From the NCBI GenBank assembly GCA_030390025.1, contig JASTWF010000358.1:1-64000 (forward strand): a DNA stretch of 64,000 bases. The letters are read 5' to 3'. A program made the translations under genes and the position numbers. The notes beneath the pieces were generated by a model, which was not told where the DNA came from, did not search any database, and worked only from the letters and a program-made list of their open reading frames with translations. This stretch comes from Squalus acanthias. Its lineage: Eukaryota. Below, piece after piece: positions 37,011-48,781 of the stretch (its first letter is position 1; each line of letters starts with the position of its first letter).

Positions 37011-38039
37011 AAATGAGGGACTCTCACCATCAGGGACCCCTTTTAAAGTGAACGTTTTTCTATCAGGGACCCCTTTTAAAGAGGGCATCTTTCTATCAGT
37101 GATCCCTTTTAAAGAGAGACTCTCCCCATTAGGGACCCCTTTTAAAGAGGGCGTCTTTCTATCAGTGATCCCAATTAAAGAGGGAGTCTTACCATCAGGG
37201 ACACCTTTTGAAGAGGGAGTCTCGCCATCAGATTCCCCTTTGAAAGAGGGAGTCAAACCATCAGGAAACCCTTTTAAAGAGGATGTATCAGCATCAGGGA
37301 CCACTTTTAAAGATAGAGTCTCACCATCAGGGGCCCCTTTCAAAGAGGGAGTATAATCGTCAGAGACCCCTATTAAAGAGGGAGTCTCACCATCAGGGAC
37401 CCCTTTTACAGAGGGTGTTTCAGCATCAGGGACCGCTTTAAAAGAGAGAGTCTCACCATCAGGTAACCATTTTAAAAAGATAATCTTGTCATCAGGGCCC
37501 CCTTTTAAAGAGAGAGTCTCACCATCAGCGACCCCTTTTAAAGAGAGTGTTTCAGCATCAGGGACACATTTTAATGAGAGAGTCTCACCAGCAGGGATCC
37601 CTTTTAAAGAGAGCGTCTCCCCCTTAGGGATCCCTTTTAAAGAGGGAGTCTCACCATTGGGGACCCTTTCTAAAGAGGGTGTCTCCCCATCAGGGACCCC
37701 ATTTAAAGAGGGAATCTCACCATCTAGGACCCATTAAAGGAGGGATTCTCACCATCAGGGACCCCTTTTAAAGAGGGAGTCACACCATTAGGGACCCATT
37801 TTAAAGAGGGTGTTTCAGCAACAGGGAATCCTATTAAAGAGGGAGTCTCACCATCAGGGACCCATTTTAAAGAGAACATCATTCTATCAAGGAGACCTTT
37901 TAAGAGGGATTCTTTTTATCAGTGACACCTTTTAAAAACAATCTTCCGATTAGGGACACCTTTTAAAGAGAGCGTCTCCCCATCAGGTACCCCCTTTTAA
38001 CGAGTGAGTCTCTCCGTCAGAGACACTTTTAAAGAGATA
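37011..38039 (-). repeat. 33-bp satellite, inverted orientation
   Basis: TCTCACCATCAGGGACCCCTTTTAAAGAGGGAG is the reverse complement of the monomer. Confidence 0.96.
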
Positions 38040-38312
38040 GGGGGGAAAATTCAGTCGCGCCCCGGGAGGTGATTGGAGCGCTAAATCAGGCGCTGCACAC
38101 CTGTCTTAAGGTGCAAAGGCCGAGCAGTGAGGCGCTAACTCAGAGCGCGAGCGCAGCGCAGGTGCTGCCAGTTAGCGAGGGAACACAGACACACTGGCGC
38201 CGGCCAGTTCTTAAAGGGGAGGGGGGGCGATCTTGCTCCCCAGCCACACCCTGCTCATTGCAGCCTTGAATCTCGGCCTGGAGAGACATGTGAATCCATT
38301 TTCCAGCCAAGG

Positions 38313-40130
38313 ATGGAGAGGGTGAGAGAACGAGCTGAGCGCTTCACCGAGCGGGCCTTGGATGCTCTGGTTGGCGTGGTGGAGCGCAGAAGATGTATAC
38401 TCTTCCCTGATAGTGGCAGGAGGCCTTTGCCACGCGAGTACAGAGGAGTGTGGAGGGAGGTTGCTCAGAGCGTCTCCTCCAGGAGCATGGTGCCCTGGAC
38501 CCATGTTCAATGCCGCAAAAAGTTCAACGACCTCACTCGGGTCGTCAGGGTGAGTGGCTTTTTCTCAATACCTCTCCATCCCTCCATCTCAACCTCACTC
38601 TATGGCCAGAGGGTCTTAAAACCCCAATGCACAACACTCATCCAACACCTATGGCCCTTTCATGAAACACACACACGCATTCCACACTTTGCATACAGTA
38701 AGAGCTATTCACCTATGGGAGGCACATCAGGCAAGACCATGGCTTCATACAGTAAGGGCTATTCACCTATGGGAATACATCTGGCAAGACCATCGCTGTA
38801 TATTTACTCAGATGCTGTCCTTTTACTTGCAGGCCAAACTGGCGCATAATAGGAGACAGCAGCAACAGACAGGTGGAGGGCGGCCTCAGCTGCAACCCCT
38901 CAGCGATCTTGAGGAGCGCGTCCACAGTATTGTGGCAAGCCGGGTGATCGGTCCCGTCGCCACTGGAGACGCCGACCCCGTTCTGGACAGCAATGGTAAG
39001 ATCATCACCTTTTTGTCCTCTGTCCTTCCACTTGTCCCTCACAACACCAGCCTTTGACACTTTCAATCCAACTTGCTAACTCGCTGCAATTATTCCTCCC
39101 TTACTGCCAACCTGTCCTCACGCTAAAGCCACTCTTGTACCTCCCTGCTTTCAGATGGTGATTCACCAGCTGAGGAGACGGGCCCTGAAGCTGCCAGTGG
39201 GAGTGAAGCTGCAGCCGAGGAGGAAGAGGAAGCCGTAGCATCAGTGCCACCCTCTCCCAAGGAAGCCCATGCCCACACTGGGAACACGCCTTCCCTGGAG
39301 GGGAGCAGGGGGGAAGGGTCTGATGAGGGTGAAGCTCCAGGACCCAGCGGGCTGTAGCAACGCCTTGGGGGTAGGGAAGAACGGGGGCCTTCTCCCCAGA
39401 GGGAGAGTATGCAAGCGACTCCTTCTGCAATGGACACAGAGGAGGAGCGGCTGATCGCAGAAATGATCACCCAGGCGGTGGGCATGCAGACGGAGCTCAT
39501 GCGTGCAGTGTGAAGGGTGCCCGAATGCATTGAGTCACTGGCAAGGAGTGTGGAGCACTTCGCTGTAGCACAGGCGGATGCCACACTAACGCTTAGTGCT
39601 GCAATTCAGTCACTGACTGCCGTGATCCCATCTCTGACTGCACTCATGCAGACTCAGATTGAGGCCACGCGAGCACTGACTGCTGCCAACCTCGATGGTT
39701 CGTTCACATGTCCCCGGGGCTCTCACCGCGCCGCAGCAGGCCAGCAATCTGTGCTCCAGCAGATTGCTCCGGATGCTGAAGTGCTGCCTCTTGGGAGTGC
39801 CAGTGTGTCGGTCGAGCAGGGAGTTGCTGTCCTCTCTCACGATGACAGCATTCCTGCGGCCAACACTGTCACTTCTCCAGTGCACTTGCCACCGCCTGTA
39901 GGACAGACTGCTGCCGCCCATGCAGAGTTGGTGCACTCTGAAGCCGGGCCCTCCAGGCCCAGAACTGGTCGAGGCCGTCCTTCAGGGGCTTCTGCAGTGT
40001 CAGGGTTTCACAATTAGCAGCCTTCCACCGTCCTTGCTGCAGCCACTGAGGTCCCATTACGGAGGAGCAGTAGGGTTAGAAGGGGGAAGTGCGCAAGAGA
40101 AGGAGATCACCCTCGAAAGGCAAAAAGTAG
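38313..40130 (+). pseudogene. Harbinger Myb/SANT-like gene, copy 1, with premature stops
   Basis: RFTERALDALV...W..VA...QCRKKFNDL. Stops at ~39356, 39511 and 40015 relative to copies 2 and 3. Confidence 0.85.
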
Positions 40131-40442
40131 GAGGTGTGACAAAATGCTGGTCATTTTTTTATTAAAGGCCGAGGTTCGTGGTCCAACTTTTGTCTAGTGT
40201 TTTGGACATTATCTCCAGGTTGTGAGAACCAGTTATGTTAATGACTGTTTTTTTGTGCTTATTTCTATGAGTTTGTCATGAGGAAATGACACACACAGAG
40301 TTTGTAAAATAAATAAATTTTTGTATTCAAAATATACATGTTTGGTGTTTGGAATCATTGGTGCCTTGGCCGGCTTAGGGGTTGCGTGCTGGGTTCATTG
40401 ATGTTGTTAGCAATGGCAGAAGCCATTTCCACAGCAGGGGCC

Positions 40443-41603
40443 CTAGAAGCGGCTTGCTATCAGCCGTTGACGGACGGCCCTTGCAGATTCACCATTGTGG
40501 GCCGCCCTCCCGCCTTGGTGCTGCTGATGATCGTCCTCCTCGTCCTCTTCCTCCTCTTCCTCCTCCTCCTCTGGTGGTGCTCCAAGGCCTGGTGGCATTG
40601 GCTGGGTCCTGACGATTGCCATGTTATGCAACATGCAGCACACAACTTCGAAGTTGCATACTCGCTCAGGCGAGTGCTGCACGGCTCCTCCAGAATGGTC
40701 GAGACAGCGGAACCGTTGCTTCAGCACGCCAATTGTGCGCTCAATGATGTTACTGGTAGCTTGATGGCTCTCGTTGTACCGCAGCTCAGCAGGGGTGTTG
40801 GGCGTACGGAGCGGTGTCATCAGCCAGGTGCTCAATGGATACCCCTTCTCCCCGAGAAGCCAACCAATTGGCTGATGCGGTGCCTCGAAAAGTTCTGCCA
40901 CAGTAGTCTGGCGCAGGATGAAAGCATCATGGCAGCTGCCAGGATAGTGGGCATTGACAGCGAGTATCAGCTGTCTGTGGTCACAGACCAACTGAACATT
41001 CAAGGAATGGAACCCCTTTCTGTTCCAGAAATCCTCGGCATTCTCATGTGGAGCACGCAAAGCCACATGCGTGCAGGCTATGGCGCCCTGCACCATGGGG
41101 AAGCCCGCTAACCACGCAAAGCCCAGAGCGCGGTCACGCTGCTTGTCTGGGGTCATGGGGAAAGAGATGAACTCTCGTCTCCTTTTAAAGAGGGCATTTG
41201 TGACCTGCCGGATGCAGCAATGCACCGCGAACTGGGAGATATTGGCGAGGTCCCCAGCAGAAGCTTGAAATGAGCCAGTGGCATAGAAGTTGAGAGCCAC
41301 TGTGACCTTCACTGCCACCGACAGAGACGTCCTGGACCTCAGTTGAGGCTGCAGATCTGGCTGCAGCATGTAGCAGATCTCAGTGACCACCTCCTTGCTG
41401 AATCGCAGCCTTCGCAAACACAGCTCCTCAGACAAATGAATGTAGGAGAGCTGTTCACGATATACGCTGGGAGAGTAAGCTCTCCTGTACATACGCCTGT
41501 TGGCCCTCCTCCATCTGGCCATCATTGCCACTCTCTCTCTGCGTCTCTGTGTCCTCCGATTCAGCTGGAGCAGGACGACGCCCCCATTCAGTGCAGCCCC
41601 CAT
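40443..41603 (-). CDS. Harbinger (HARBI1-like) transposase copy 1, 386 aa, catalytic Asp residues mutated
   Basis: GAIACTH (for GAIDCTH), GEKGY (for GDKGY), IERTIGVLKQRFRCL, CCMLHN. Confidence 0.9.
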   Translation of the reverse strand: MGAALNGGVVLLQLNRRTQRRRERVAMMARWRRANRRMYRRAYSPSVYREQLSYIHLSEELCLRRLRFSKEVVTEICYMLQPDLQPQLRSRTSLSVAVKVTVALNFYATGSFQASAGDLANISQFAVHCCIRQVTNALFKRRREFISFPMTPDKQRDRALGFAWLAGFPMVQGAIACTHVALRAPHENAEDFWNRKGFHSLNVQLVCDHRQLILAVNAHYPGSCHDAFILRQTTVAELFEAPHQPIGWLLGEKGYPLSTWLMTPLRTPNTPAELRYNESHQATSNIIERTIGVLKQRFRCLDHSGGAVQHSPERVCNFEVVCCMLHNMAIVRTQPMPPGLGAPPEEEEEEEEEDEEDDHQQHQGGRAAHNGESARAVRQRLIASRF

Positions 41604-41941
41604 AGTCTCTTTGCAAGCAAAGTTATGAAGGACAGCAACCAAAGTACCAGCAAAGTTAGGATCAGTAGGCAAAACTACCTCACACAGCGTTGACTCAATG
41701 CAGAAGTCTCTTTTCTCTCTCTCCGAATCTCTCTCTCTCTCTCAGAACGAGTGGTGCAAAAATGTCAACCACAGAAAAAGACAGGAAGAGGCCCCCTTTA
41801 AATAGCGCCCCCCCCCCCCCCCCAGCCCCACAGCGATTGATAGCGTTCCAGTCTTCCGGTCGTTGGATGCGCCAGGTGGTAAGGCAGGGGGCGCCACTCA
41901 ATTTCCGCTCCGGGGCGCCACAAGGGCGTTGCACCATGGAA

Positions 41942-41949
41942 TGACGTCA
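41942..41949. promoter_or_regulatory. CRE palindrome TGACGTCA upstream of the transposase (all four copies)
   Basis: Perfect CRE in the CpG-rich right subterminal region. TATTTAAA on the minus strand at ~41797-41804. Confidence 0.45.
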
Positions 41950-42481
41950 CAATCTGCGCTCGCAGGTGGTCGCGGCGGTAAAGTTTAGCGCCGCCACACA
42001 ATGTCTAGTTAAGTTCCCGAGCGGCGCAAACATCGCTGCGCCCGTGCGCTAGCGGCTTTGCGCCCCATTAGCGCCCTCTTAAGGCGCTAACGGGAGTCGC
42101 AACCAACTGAATTTTTACCCATAGGGGGAAAAATTAGGTCGCGCCCCATTTGGGGCGCAAATATCGTCTGGACGCAAATATTAGCGCCTGGCGCTAATTA
42201 TCGGCACTGACTGGAAACTTCACTTTTACCGCCCCGGGAGGTGAGTGGAGCGCTAAATCAGGCGCTGCACACCTGTCTTAAGGCGCAAAAGCCGAGCAGT
42301 GAGGCGCTAACTCAGAGCGCGAGCGCAGCGCAGCTGCTGCCAGTTAGCGAGGGAACACAGACACACTGGCGCCGGCCACTTCTTAAAGCGGGGGTGCCAA
42401 CTTGCTCCCCAGCCACACCCTGCTCATTGCAGCCTTGAATCTCGGCCTGGAGAGACCTGTGAATCCATTTCGCTGCCAAGG

Positions 42482-44301
42482 ATGGAGAGGGTGAGAGAAC
42501 GATCTCAGCGCTTCACCGAGCGGGCCTTGGATGCTCTGGTTGGCGCGGTGGAGCGCAGAAGATGTATACTCTTCCCTGAGAGTGGCAGGAGGCCTTTGCC
42601 ACGCGAGTACAGAAGAGTGTGGAGGGAGGTTGCTCAGAGCGTCTCCTCCAGGGGCATGGTGCCCTGGACCCATGTTCAATGCCGCAAAAAGTTCAACGAC
42701 CTCACTCGTGTCGTCAGGGTGAGTGGCTTTTTCTCAATACCTCTCCATCCCTCCATCTCAACCTCACTCTATGGCCAGAGGGTCATAAAACCCCAATGCA
42801 CAACACTCATCCAACACCTAAGGCCCTTTCATGAAACACACACACACATTCCACACTTTGCATACAGTAAGAGCTATTCACCTATGGGAGGCACATCAGG
42901 CAAGACCATGGCTTCATACAGTAAGGGCTATTCACCTATGGGAGGCACATCTGGCAAGACCATCGCTGTATATTTACTCAGATGCTGTCCTTTTACTTGC
43001 AGGCCAAACTGGCGCATAAAAGGAGACAGCAGCAACAGACAGGTGGAGGGCGGCCTCAGCTGCAACCCCTCAGCGATCTTGAGGAGCGCGTCCACAGTAT
43101 TGTGGCAAGCCGGGTGATCGGTCCCGTCGCCACTGGAGACGCCGACCCCGTTCTGGACAGCAATGGTAAGGTCATCACCTTTTTGTCCTCTGTCCTTCCA
43201 CTTGTCCCTCACAACACCAGCCTTTGACACTTTCAATCCAACTTGCTAACTCGCTGCACTTATTCCTCCCTTACTGCCACCCTGTCCTCACGCTAAAGCC
43301 ACTCTTGTACCTCCCTGCTTTCAGATGGTGATTCACCAGCTGAGGAGACGGGCCCTGAAGCTGCCAGTGGGAGTGAAGCTGCAGCCGAGGAGGAAGAGGA
43401 AGCCGTAGCATCAGTGCCACCCTCTCCCAAGGAAGCCCATGCCCACACTGGGAACACGCCTTCCCTGGAGGGGAGCAGGGGGGAAGGGTCTGATGAGGGT
43501 GAAGCTCCAGGACCCAGCGGGCTGCAGCAACGCCTTGGGGGTAGGGAAGAACGGGGGCCTTCTCCCCAGAGGGAGAGTATGCAAGCGACTCCTTCTGCAA
43601 TGGACACAGAGGAGGAGCGGCTGATCGCAGAAATGATCACCCAGGCGGTGGGCATGCACACTGAGCTCATGCGTGCAGTGGGAAGGGTGCCCGAATGCAT
43701 TGAGTCACTGGCAAGGAGTGTGGAGCACTTCGCTGTAGCACAGGCGGATGCCATACTAACGCTTAGTGCTGCAATTCAGTCACTGACTGCCGTGATCCAA
43801 TCTCTGACTGCACTCATGCAGACTCAGATTGAGGCCACGCGAGCACTGACTGCTGCCAACCTCGATGGTTCGTTCACATGTCCCCGGGGCTCTCACCGCG
43901 CCGCAGCAGGCCAGCAATCTGTGCTCCAGCAGATTGCTCCGGATGCTGAAGTGCTGCCTCTTGGGAGTGCCAGTGTGTCGGTCAAGCAGGGAGTTGCTGT
44001 CCTCTCTCACGATGACAGCATTCCTGCGGCCAACACTGTCACTTCTCCAGTGCACTTGCCACCGCCTGTAGGACAGACTGCTGCCGCCCATGCAGAGTTG
44101 GTGCACTCTGAAGCCGGGCCCTCCAGGCCCAGAACTGGACGAGGCCGTCCTTCAGGGGCTTCTGCAGTGTCAGGGTCTCACAATCAGCAGCCTTCCACCA
44201 GCCTTGCTGCACCCACTGAGGTCCCATTACGGAGGAGCAGTAGGGTTAGAAGGGGGGAAGTGCGCAAGGGAAGGAGATCACCCTCGAAGGGCAAAAAGTA
44301 G
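42482..44301 (+). CDS. Harbinger Myb/SANT-like DNA-binding protein, 3 exons (42482-42718, 43003-43165, 43325-44301), 458 aa
   Basis: AGG|GTGAGT, TTGCAG|GCC, ATG|GTAAG and TTTCAG|AT junctions keep the frame. N-terminal Myb/SANT-like domain and a basic C-terminal tail. Confidence 0.85.
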
Positions 44302-44612
44302 GAGGTGTGATAAAATGCTGGTCATTTTTTTATTAAAGGCCGAGGTTCGTGGTCCAACTTTTGTCTAGTGTTTTGGACATTATCTCCAGGTTGTGAGAAC
44401 CAGTTATGTTAATGACTGTTTTTTTGTGCTTATTTCTATGAGTTTGTCATGAGGAAATGACACACATAGAGTTTGTAAAATAAATACATTTTTGTATTCA
44501 AAATATACATGTTTGGTGTTTGGAATCATTGGTGCCTTGGCCGGCTTAGGGGTTGCGTGCTGGGTTCATTGATGTTGTTAGCAATGCAGAAGCCATTTCC
44601 ACAGCAGGGGCC

Positions 44613-45773
44613 CTAGAAGCGGCTTGCTATCAGCCGTTGACGGACGGCCCTTGCAGATTCACCATTGTGGGCCGCCCTCCCGCCTTGGTGCTGCTGATGA
44701 TCGTCCTCCTCGTCCTCTTCCTCCTCTTCCTCCTCCTCCTTTGGTGGTGCTCCAAGGCCTGGTGGCATTGGCTGGGTCCTGACGATTGCCATGTTATGCA
44801 ACATGCAGCACACAACTACGAAGTTACATACTCGCTCAGGCGAGTGCTGCACGGCTCCTCCAGAATGGTCGAGACAGCGGAACCGTTGCTTCAGCACGCC
44901 AATTGTGCGCTCAATGATGTTACTGGTAGCTTGATGGCTCTCGTTGTACCGCAGCTCAGCAGGGGTGTTGGGCGTACGGAGCGGTGTCATCAGCCAGGTG
45001 CTCAATGGATACCCCTTGTCCCCGAGAAGCCAACCAATTGGCTGATGCGGTGCCTCGAAAAGTTCTGCCACAGTAGTCTGGCGCAGGATGAAAGCATCAT
45101 GGCAGCTGCCAGGATAGTGGGCATTGACAGCGAGTATCAGCTGTCTGCGGACACAGACCAACTGAACATTCAAGGAATGGAACCCCTTTCTGTTCCGGAA
45201 ATCCTCGGCATTCTCATGTGGAGCACGCAAAGCCACATGCGTGCAGTCTATGGCGCGCTGCAACATGGGGAAGCCCGCTAACCACGCAAAACCCAGAGCG
45301 CGGTCACGCTGCTTGTCTGGGGTCATGGGGAAAGAGATGAACTTTCGTCTCCTTTTAAAGAGGGCATTTGTGACCTGCCGGATGCAGCAATGCACCGCGA
45401 ACTGGGAGATATTGGCGAGGTCCCCAGCAGCAGCTTGAAATGAGCCAGTAGCATAGAAGTTGAGAGTCACTGTGACCTTCACTGCCACCGACAGAGACGT
45501 CCTGGACCTCAGTTGAGGCTGCAGATCTGGCTGCAGCAGGTAGCAGATCTCAGTGACCACCTCCTTGCTGAATCGCAGCCTTCGCAAACACAGCTCCTCA
45601 GACAAATGAATGTAGGAGAGCTGTTCACGATATACGCTGGGAGGGTAAGCTCTCCTGTACATACGCCTGTTGGCCCTCCTCCGTCTGGCCATCATTGCCA
45701 CTCTCTCTCTGCGTCTCGGTGTCCTCCGATTCAGCTGGAGCAGGACGACGCCCCCATTCAGTGCAGCCCCCAT
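44613..45773 (-). CDS. Harbinger transposase copy 2, 386 aa
   Basis: AIDCTH, GSCHDA, GDKGY and IERTIG retained; acidic C-terminal tail. Confidence 0.92.
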   Translation of the reverse strand: MGAALNGGVVLLQLNRRTPRRRERVAMMARRRRANRRMYRRAYPPSVYREQLSYIHLSEELCLRRLRFSKEVVTEICYLLQPDLQPQLRSRTSLSVAVKVTVTLNFYATGSFQAAAGDLANISQFAVHCCIRQVTNALFKRRRKFISFPMTPDKQRDRALGFAWLAGFPMLQRAIDCTHVALRAPHENAEDFRNRKGFHSLNVQLVCVRRQLILAVNAHYPGSCHDAFILRQTTVAELFEAPHQPIGWLLGDKGYPLSTWLMTPLRTPNTPAELRYNESHQATSNIIERTIGVLKQRFRCLDHSGGAVQHSPERVCNFVVVCCMLHNMAIVRTQPMPPGLGAPPKEEEEEEEEDEEDDHQQHQGGRAAHNGESARAVRQRLIASRF

Positions 45774-46650
45774 AGTCTCTTTGCAAGCAAAGTTAGGAAG
45801 GACAGCAACCAAAGTACCAGCAAAGTTAGGATCAGTAGGCAAAACTACCTCACACAGCGTTGACTCAATGCAGAAGTCTCTTTTTCTCTCTCTCCGAATC
45901 TCTCTCTCTCTCTCTCTCAGAACGAGTGGTGCAAAAATGTCAACCACAGAAAAAGACAGGAAGAGGCCCCCTTTAAATAGCGCCCCCCCCCCAGCCCCAC
46001 AGCGATTGATAGCGTTCCAGTCTTCCGGTCGTTGGATGCGCCAGGTGGTAAGGCAGGGGGCGCCACTCAATTTCCGCTCCGGGGCGCCACAAGGGCGTTG
46101 CACCATGGAATGACGTCACAATCTGCGCTCGCAGGTGGTCGCGGCGGTAAAGTTTAGCGCCGCCACACAATGTCTAGTTAAGTTCCCGAGCGGCGCAAAC
46201 ATCGCTGCGCCCGTGCGCTAGCGGCTTTGCGCCCCATTAGCGCCCTCTTAAGGCGCTAACGGGAGTCGCAACCAACTGAATTTTTACCCATAGGGGGAAA
46301 AATTAGGTCGCGCCCCATTTGGGGCGCAAATATCGTCTGGACGCAAATATTAGCGCCTGGCGCTAATTATCGGCACTGACTGGAAACTTCACTTTTACCG
46401 CCCCGGGAGGTGAGTGGAGCGCTAAATCAGGCGCTGCACACCTGTCTTAAGGCGCAAAAGCCGAGCAGTGAGGCGCTAACTCAGAGCGCGAGCGCAGCGC
46501 AGCTGCTGCCAGTTAGCGAGGGAACACAGACACACTGGCGCCGGCCACTTCTTAAAGCGGGGGTGCCAACTTGCTCCCCAGCCACACCCTGCTCATTGCA
46601 GCCTTGAATCTCGGCCTGGAGAGACCTGTGAATCCATTTTGCTGCCAAGG

Positions 46651-48470
46651 ATGGAGAGGGTGAGAGAACGATCTCAGCGCTTCACCGAGCGGGCCTTGGA
46701 TGCTCTGGTTGGCGCGGTGGAGCGCAGAAGATGTATACTCTTCCCTGAGAGTGGCAGGAGGCCTTTGCCACGCGAGTACAGAAGAGTGTGGAGGGAGGTT
46801 GCTCAGAGCGTCTCCTCCAGGGGCATGGTGCCCTGGACCCATGTTCAATGCCGCAAAAAGTTCAACGACCTCACTCGTGTCGTCAGGGTGAGTGGCTTTT
46901 TCTCAATACCTCTCCATCCCTCCATCTCAACCTCACTCTATGGCCAGAGGGTCATAAAACCCCAATGCACAACACTCATCCAACACCTAAGGCCCTTTCA
47001 TGAAACACACACACACATTCGAAACTTTGCATACAGTAAGAGCTATTCACCTATGGGAGGCACATCAGGCAAGACCATGGCTTCATACAGTAAGGGCTAT
47101 TCACCTATGGGAGGCACATCTGGCAAGACCATCGCTGTATATTTACTCAGATGCTGTCCTTTTACTTGCAGGCCAAACTGGCGCATAAAAGGAGACAGCA
47201 GCAACAGACAGGTGGAGGGCGGCCTCAGCTGCAACCCCTCAGCGATCTTGAGGAGCGCGTCCACAGTATTGTGGCAAGCCGGGTGATCGGTCCCGTCGCC
47301 ACTGGAGACGCCGACCCCGTTCTGGACAGCAATGGTAAGGTCATCACCTTTTTGTCCTCTGTCCTTCCACTTGTCCCTCACAACACCAGCCTTTGACACT
47401 TTCAATCCAACTTGCTAACTCGCTGCACTTATTCCTCCCTTACTGCCACCCTGTCCTCACGCTAAAGCCACTCTTGTACCTCCCTGCTTTCAGATGGTGA
47501 TTCACCAGCTGAGGAGACGGGCCCTGAAGCTGCCAGTGGGAGTGAAGCTGCAGCCGAGGAGGAAGAGGAAGCCGTAGCATCAGTGCCACCCTCTCCCAAG
47601 GAAGCCCATGCCCACACTGGGAACACGCCTTCCCTGGAGGGGAGCAGGGGGGAAGGGTCTGATGAGGGTGAAGCTCCAGGACCCAGCGGGCTGCAGCAAC
47701 GCCTTGGGGGTAGGGAAGAACGGGGGCCTTCTCCCCAGAGGGAGAGTATGCAAGCGACTCCTTCTGCAATGGACACAGAGGAGGAGCGGCTGATCGCAGA
47801 AATGATCACCCAGGCGGTGGGCATGCACACTGAGCTCATGCGTGCAGTGGGAAGGGTGCCCGAATGCATTGAGTCACTGGCAAGGAGTGTGGAGCACTTC
47901 GCTGTAGCACAGGCGGATGCCATACTAACGCTTAGTGCTGCAATTCAGTCACTGACTGCCGTGATCCAATCTCTGACTGCACTCATGCAGACTCAGATTG
48001 AGGCCACGCGAGCACTGACTGCTGCCAACCTCGATGGTTCGTTCACATGTCCCCGGGGCTCTCACCGCGCCGCAGCAGGCCAGCAATCTGTGCTCCAGCA
48101 GATTGCTCCGGATGCTGAAGTGCTGCCTCTTGGGAGTGCCAGTGTGTCGGTCAAGCAGGGAGTTGCTGTCCTCTCTCACGATGACAGCATTCCTGCGGCC
48201 AACACTGTCACTTCTCCAGTGCACTTGCCACCGCCTGTAGGACAGACTGCTGCCGCCCATGCAGAGTTGGTGCACTCTGAAGCCGGGCCCTCCAGGCCCA
48301 GAACTGGACGAGGCCGTCCTTCAGGGGCTTCTGCAGTGTCAGGGTCTCACAATCAGCAGCCTTCCACCAGCCTTGCTGCACCCACTGAGGTCCCATTACG
48401 GAGGAGCAGCAGGGTTAGAAGGGGGGAAGTGCGCAAGGGAAGGAGATCACCCTCGAAGGGCAAAAAGTAG
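46651..48470 (+). CDS. Harbinger Myb/SANT-like protein copy 3, 3 exons, apparently intact
   Basis: Same exon structure as copy 2 shifted by 4169 bp. Confidence 0.85.
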
Positions 48471-48781
48471 GAGGTGTGATAAAATGCTGGTCATTTTTTT
48501 ATTAAAGGCCGAGGTTCGTGGTCCAACTTTTGTCTAGTGTTTTGGACATTATCTCCAGGTTGTGAGAACCAGTTATGTTAATGACTGTTTTTTTGTGCTT
48601 ATTTCTATGAGTTTGTCATGAGGAAATGACACACATAGAGTTTGTAAAATAAATACATTTTTGTATTCAAAATATACATGTTTGGTGTTTGGAATCATTG
48701 GTGCCTTGGCCGGCTTAGGGGTTGCGTGCTGGGTTCATTGATGTTGTTAGCAATGCAGAAGCCATTTCCACAGCAGGGGCC

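Larger units (their letters stand above)
38040..42120. mobile_element. PIF/Harbinger transposon copy 1 (defective)
   Basis: TIRs GGGGGGAAAATTCAGTCG / CAACTGAATTTTTACCC; ~90-bp left subterminal deletion between CGCCCC repeats. Confidence 0.93.
42124..46289. mobile_element. PIF/Harbinger transposon copy 2
   Basis: TIR-bounded ~4.17-kb unit separated from its neighbours by ATA. Confidence 0.95.

Noticed and set aside
18692..37737. ORFs of 11-aa repeats (GETPSLKGVPD, LLKRESHHQGP)
   Set aside because: A by-product of the 33-bp period. They appear on both strands and several frames and are broken by frequent indels and stops.
18311..38039. CRISPR-like array of ~33-bp palindromic repeats
   Set aside because: Monomers abut with no unique spacers, there are no cas genes, and the context is eukaryotic.
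38692..38795. 54-bp tandem duplication read as coding (YSKSYSPMGGTSGKT x2)
   Set aside because: It lies inside predicted intron 1 of the Myb-like gene.
45774..46106. N-terminal extension giving a 497-aa transposase in copy 2
   Set aside because: It depends on the length of a CT microsatellite and is out of frame in the other copies. ATG 45773 is the shared start.
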